This document shows positions 60,048 to 64,000 of a stretch of 64,000 nt of DNA, one piece after another. Under the pieces are notes generated by a model, which ran no database searches, was not told the origin of the DNA, and saw only the letters and a program-made list of their open reading frames with translations. Both the position numbers and the translations under genes were made by a program. Numbering within the stretch: the first letter of the stretch is position 1; each line of letters begins with the position of its first letter. The DNA comes from Eutreptiella sp. 'Long Island Sound 2002'. Lineage: Eukaryota > Protista > Euglenida. The DNA is taken from the NCBI GenBank assembly GCA_964036045.1, contig OZ038378.1, positions 196,168,001 through 196,232,000 of the forward strand, in the 5' to 3' direction.

Positions 60048-61020
60048 ATGAAGAAGCTGAAGAATTCGTTCAAATCAACATCGGGAAAAAAGAAGTTCGA
60101 GGTGGTCGATGACAATGAGGACACGTCGCAGATGCGACGTGCCAGTTCACATCCGCAAGCCACAGCAGAGCCCAGCATTCGATCTCAGTCAGCTTCCAAA
60201 AGGGCGGTCGAGAAAATGAGGCGGAGCAGTTCGGCCATCCCCACGGCAGAGAAGAACAAGGGCAAACGGCATTGCACAGCGTGCGGAAGTGTGAATGTTG
60301 AACTGTTTCAGCGAGATTCGGGCCTCCAGTGTTTGCCATGCATTCGGCAGAGCGAGGGCAACCCCAGGGCAGATGCAATGCGTCGAAAGGCCTCCATGTA
60401 TGCCCCCAAAGGGTCATCTCTCAAACATTCATCTCCGACCGAAATTGAGCCGACGACTTCTGATAGCCGCTTTGACCCCAGGCACCGAGCAGGAGTGCCC
60501 GTTGTGCCTCCTCTCGATTTCACAAGGTTGCGTGCTGCGAAGAAGCGTGTCGCCCCATACAAGTACAACACCCCAACGTACTCCCCTTCCACTGCCTCCG
60601 AAGTGTCTACTGTGAAAGCCTCCAAGCCGTCAATTCCAATCTATGAATATAACAAAGGGGTATATTCTGTGCCAAAGACGATGACAGTCACTACAAAGTC
60701 TATGAGGATGTCGGAGACACACAAATCCTCAGACATGCGGGCCTTAGCTGCCGCACCGGTGGTTGCAAGTGGTGCAGGTGTCGCCGAGTTTGGTCAGATG
60801 GCAAATGCATCTGGAACCCGCCCGAGCAGAAAGGAATCACGAGCAGCGGGCCCACCCTCAAGGGCCCAGTCGAGGGCAAAGCTTACGAAGGACAATGCCA
60901 GACTGACAAATCCTGAACCTGCGCCCAAAAAAGAGGGCGTGATTCCATTGAACCATCAGTCACCCGGGTTCCCTCCGGGGAGCGTTACTGTCCACTTCAT
61001 CAACGCAATGTGGAGCCTCT
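60048..61020 (+). CDS. Gene 3 first exon: Ser/Lys/Arg-rich protein with a CxxC...CxxC zinc-ribbon-like motif (CTACGS...CLPC)
   Basis: Open frame ATG 60048 to TAG 61040; donor T|GTGTTG at 61021 (phase 1) fits the acceptor at 61166. Confidence 0.75.
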
Positions 61021-61166
61021 GTGTTGGCCAAAAACAGTAGCCGCGGAGTATTTCTCACGGAGCCGAGGCGATAAGATCCATTTGTCGTCCTGAGTGATTG
61101 TTATAGTACCCATGGCACCTGCTCATAACGCTGATCAAGGAGGACGTGTTCCTAACGCTTCTTCAG

Positions 61167-61205
61167 CCGAGGCCCTGTTCTTCCGACACAGGCCGCGGGA
61201 ATCGG
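61167..61205 (+). CDS. Gene 3 small exon (EALFFRHRPRES)
   Basis: Branch-like CCTAAC plus ttcttcag acceptor, G|GTGTGC donor, phase 1/1. Confidence 0.6.
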
Positions 61206-61665
61206 GTGTGCACGAGGAGTTGAATCGCCGGATTTGGTCCCCTGCAGGGTGCCAGCTGCACTGCTGCACCTGGGATGGCCTCTGCCACCATGCCAATACT
61301 GACACTGTCACACCTTGTGTATGCTGGAGAGGGTAGTGGCTCTGCCTGCCTCGTGGTTGAAGATCCGAATGACGCGAATATCCTCCCGCACCATTATGGA
61401 CGTGTTTTGCAAAGGGTCGCTTCCATGCGCCCAATCATTATTACCATTCGACAGCCATACAAAATGGTGTCATCATGATCGAACAGGCCAACGTGAAGGT
61501 GCCAGCGCACGCCACAGAACGTCCAGTGCCGCGTCCTCACGGGTCGTGTACTGCAGCACCCCCACAGAGGGCGGCGATGCGCCGCTGCCAATCGGGACGG
61601 TACTGGAGTGGGGGCCCACGCGTGCGGCTGCCAACCTCCGGAAGGCCCTCCCCCACCCGCTGCAG

Positions 61666-61795
61666 ACAGCGTCGCGCACGCCCTCTTCGCCATCGAATTG
61701 CTAAAGCCCCCGGTGCTTTCGCAGCTGCATCGGGCAGAGCCCCCCTCGTCCACGTTCTGCGCCGTGGGGCAGTGGTTGCATCGATGCGTCTGCCG
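61666..61795 (+). CDS. Gene 3 exon (DSVAHALFAIELLKPPVLSQLHR...HRCVCR)
   Basis: ctgcag acceptor phase 1, CG|GTGGGG donor phase 2, high GC3. Confidence 0.65.
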
Positions 61796-62145
61796 GTGGG
61801 GAGCGCCCACGGGCGAGGGGCCATTTGAGGGCTTGCGCGTGTCTGGGCCCGAGGCGCTGGAAGGGCCCGGCGAGGCCCGGCCGGAGGCATGCCTCAGTCC
61901 CCCGCCCTCGTGGGACGCCCCCCGACCCCCAATCCTGCCCACTCACGTCCGCCCCTGCCCTGGGGTCTGGAGAATCTGGCGCGTGACGACCATCGTCGTT
62001 CGATGGCCAAGCCACGGAGGGTGTCGCAGCTCCGCCGCGTGACACCTGCAGTACCGTCGGGATGCCAGAGTGATTCTGGAAGGTGACGACCATCGTTGAT
62101 TTATGGCCCGTCCAGTCTGCTGCTGCTCTGCGTCCCCTTGTGCAG

Positions 62146-62313
62146 GGCCGTGGCACTGTTGCTCTCCACCACCGCAAAGGAGCTGCCCATGTTGACCGTC
62201 CAGGCGCTGCTGGAGGTCGACCTCCGAACCTTCAGTGGGATCTGCCATGCGCTTTCCGCGGAGGAGACCGCGCAGTGCCTGCGGGCGGTCACTCTGTTGG
62301 CCGCTTCCATTAT
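62146..62313 (+). CDS. Gene 3 exon (AVALLLSTTAKELPMLTVQALLEVDLRTFSGICHALSAEETAQCLRA...)
   Basis: ttgtgcag acceptor phase 2 matches the previous exon; high GC3; donor at 62288 or 62314 uncertain. Confidence 0.65.
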
Positions 62314-63349
62314 GTCAGGGCTGAATGGTCTGCCCCCTACTGCCCAGAGGGGCACGCCGCCTCCCGGGGGACCTACGCTGCCATTGCGCGTGCTGTCAGA
62401 GGGTGGGTCTGCCTTGGTGGTGCTGGCCCTTGATGGCCGTGCTGCCTCGGTGCCGCTCAGCCTCCCCCAATCAGGACCCCCCCCCCCCGGATGTGCCGCA
62501 GGTGGTGCAGTGCTTTGCGCTCTTGACCCCCTGCAGTTGTGTTGGGAAGAGGATAGGGCACCCTGGGGGCGTATTGGAACAGACAATTGTACATGAGGGA
62601 GGAGGGCAGCAGCGAACACAGGCGGAAGCACCGGGGCGGTCGCCTTGCAAAAACCCGGATGTGAAGCAGTGAACTTGCTGATGAACAAGGACTGGAAGTG
62701 TCTATGGCGGGGGCATCCAGTTCAGCCTTACCGACCATTTGATGCCCCCCGGACTCAGATTATGGAGGTCTCCCACAGGATCGCTTTTCTGTTGCTTCAC
62801 CAGGCACCTTTCCATTCAGCTCGTGACGTGCAGGTGCCATTTTCAATACATTGTCCCTGGAATCAATGTCTGGTCTGCATGCTTCCTCTTCAGAGGATGA
62901 ATCAGATTCAGGAGGATCAGACACTTCATCCACGATATCATGGGGTGCCAGTTCTGATGGTTTCAGCACGGATGTCATTGACACCCGACTGCCCTAAAGT
63001 GTCACCACTTTTGGCATGATAAGTATCTATTTTTTGCATTTGACGTTCACCTTTTTCTGATTCTGATACGGTCTACTACTGGGTTCAGGCTACGCTGCCC
63101 AGCCATACCTCCAGCTGCATACATCAACATGAAGTGGGATCTGATACCATACCTTGGGTCATCCTACGCGAATGACTCTGGGGTATATGGTGCCCGGCCT
63201 GCGCCTGATCTGCCAACCTCTCTTCAAGGTGATTTCATTTTTGCGCAATGCAAAATCTGAGTCTGGAGAGAAAGAAAGAGCGCAATGGTCGGTTCCAATC
63301 AACTGAATGCCCCCTCCATAGGCACTTTTCAGTCCTTAGTCCAATAGGG

Positions 63350-63900
63350 AGTGTCCTCTGCAAAGAGCATAGATCCACCATCTGCTATGTACAGTGAGCT
63401 GTACCCAGTGTTCGAGGATATACAACATATTATAGACCAAGGACTATTCATGCATGTGGACATAGTCGTGCGGACCTGGCGATAACACGAAGTCGTAGGG
63501 TCATCCTGGGCACTCCTCTGGCCTTGGAGGGTGACCATTCCTTTAAGATCATCCTTTTCGAAGAAACAATGATCCCCCAATGAATTTTTCGGTTTTTTTG
63601 ACCCTCCTAGTCTTCAATGTATGCTCCCTCTGGGAACAACCACAGTACATTTTTTGCTGAGGTTGTCGGAGAGAGAGGTTGCAGCCCCCCTTACCAAGGA
63701 GGAGTGTGAGGAGTGTGCAGGCCACCTGGATGAATGCTTCTTGAGAAAAGTGTGCCATGGGGAGGCAGTGCCTTGGCGTAGCCTTGAAAACCACACAGGT
63801 ATTACCCCGGAAACCCATGCGGAAGGTAAGGTTGTCTGAAAAACTTCGGTCATCATCAGGCGCATTTTTGGACGAAAAAATTTTCACCTTGGCTTGTTGG
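63350..63900 (-). pseudogene. Probable decayed Mutator-like (MULE) transposase
   Basis: Across frameshifts: PDDDRSF...SAW...RHCLPWH and CYRQ...HMHE, resembling MULE DDE-domain motifs. Confidence 0.35.
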
Positions 63901-64000
63901 CACAATTTGGCTGTTTGGCCCCAGCAAGCATGTGTATTGCACCGAAGATGCACCTTGGTTTCGTTGGAAGCTGCAGCCCCGGGGTGTATGGGGTTGCAAT

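Noticed and set aside
60985-61140. B-box zinc finger in an alternative frame after gene 3 exon 1
   Set aside because: Needs multiple frameshifts, and the region is better explained as a GT-AG intron.
64-63953. Hundreds of six-frame ORFs rich in Pro/Gly/Arg
   Set aside because: They arise from high GC, poly-C/G runs and MITE cores, often as shadows of real exons; no domain signal.

Overview
This is repeat-rich eukaryotic nuclear DNA, almost certainly from a euglenid: a Euglena-type spliced-leader (SL) sequence sits at 59978-60001. I recognised no rRNA, intact tRNA or CRISPR, and most long six-frame ORFs are GC-rich artefacts. Three plus-strand multi-exon genes can be pieced together by hand from GT-AG sites, GC3 bias and phase continuity. 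Gene 1 (about 1138-18042) is a protist coiled-coil-type protein of unknown function. Gene 2 (about 22454-51240) is a large IQ-motif protein. Gene 3 (from 60048) has a ~1 kb first exon directly preceded by a genomic relict SL. Introns and intergenic DNA are filled with several unrelated-core MITE families sharing CAG(GG)...(CC)CTG termini; four copies have perfect and three have near-perfect 8-bp target-site duplications (hAT-like). Also present are a LINE 3' fragment, a probable decayed MULE transposase, minisatellites and palindrome arrays. Top observations: (i) the genomic relict SL, implying recycling of a trans-spliced mRNA into the genome; (ii) CAG...CTG MITEs whose 8-bp TSD geometry matches euglenid nonconventional introns; (iii) one such MITE sitting inside an apparent coding exon of gene 1, which needs non-GT-AG removal to keep the frame. 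All gene models are manual and unverified by transcript data.
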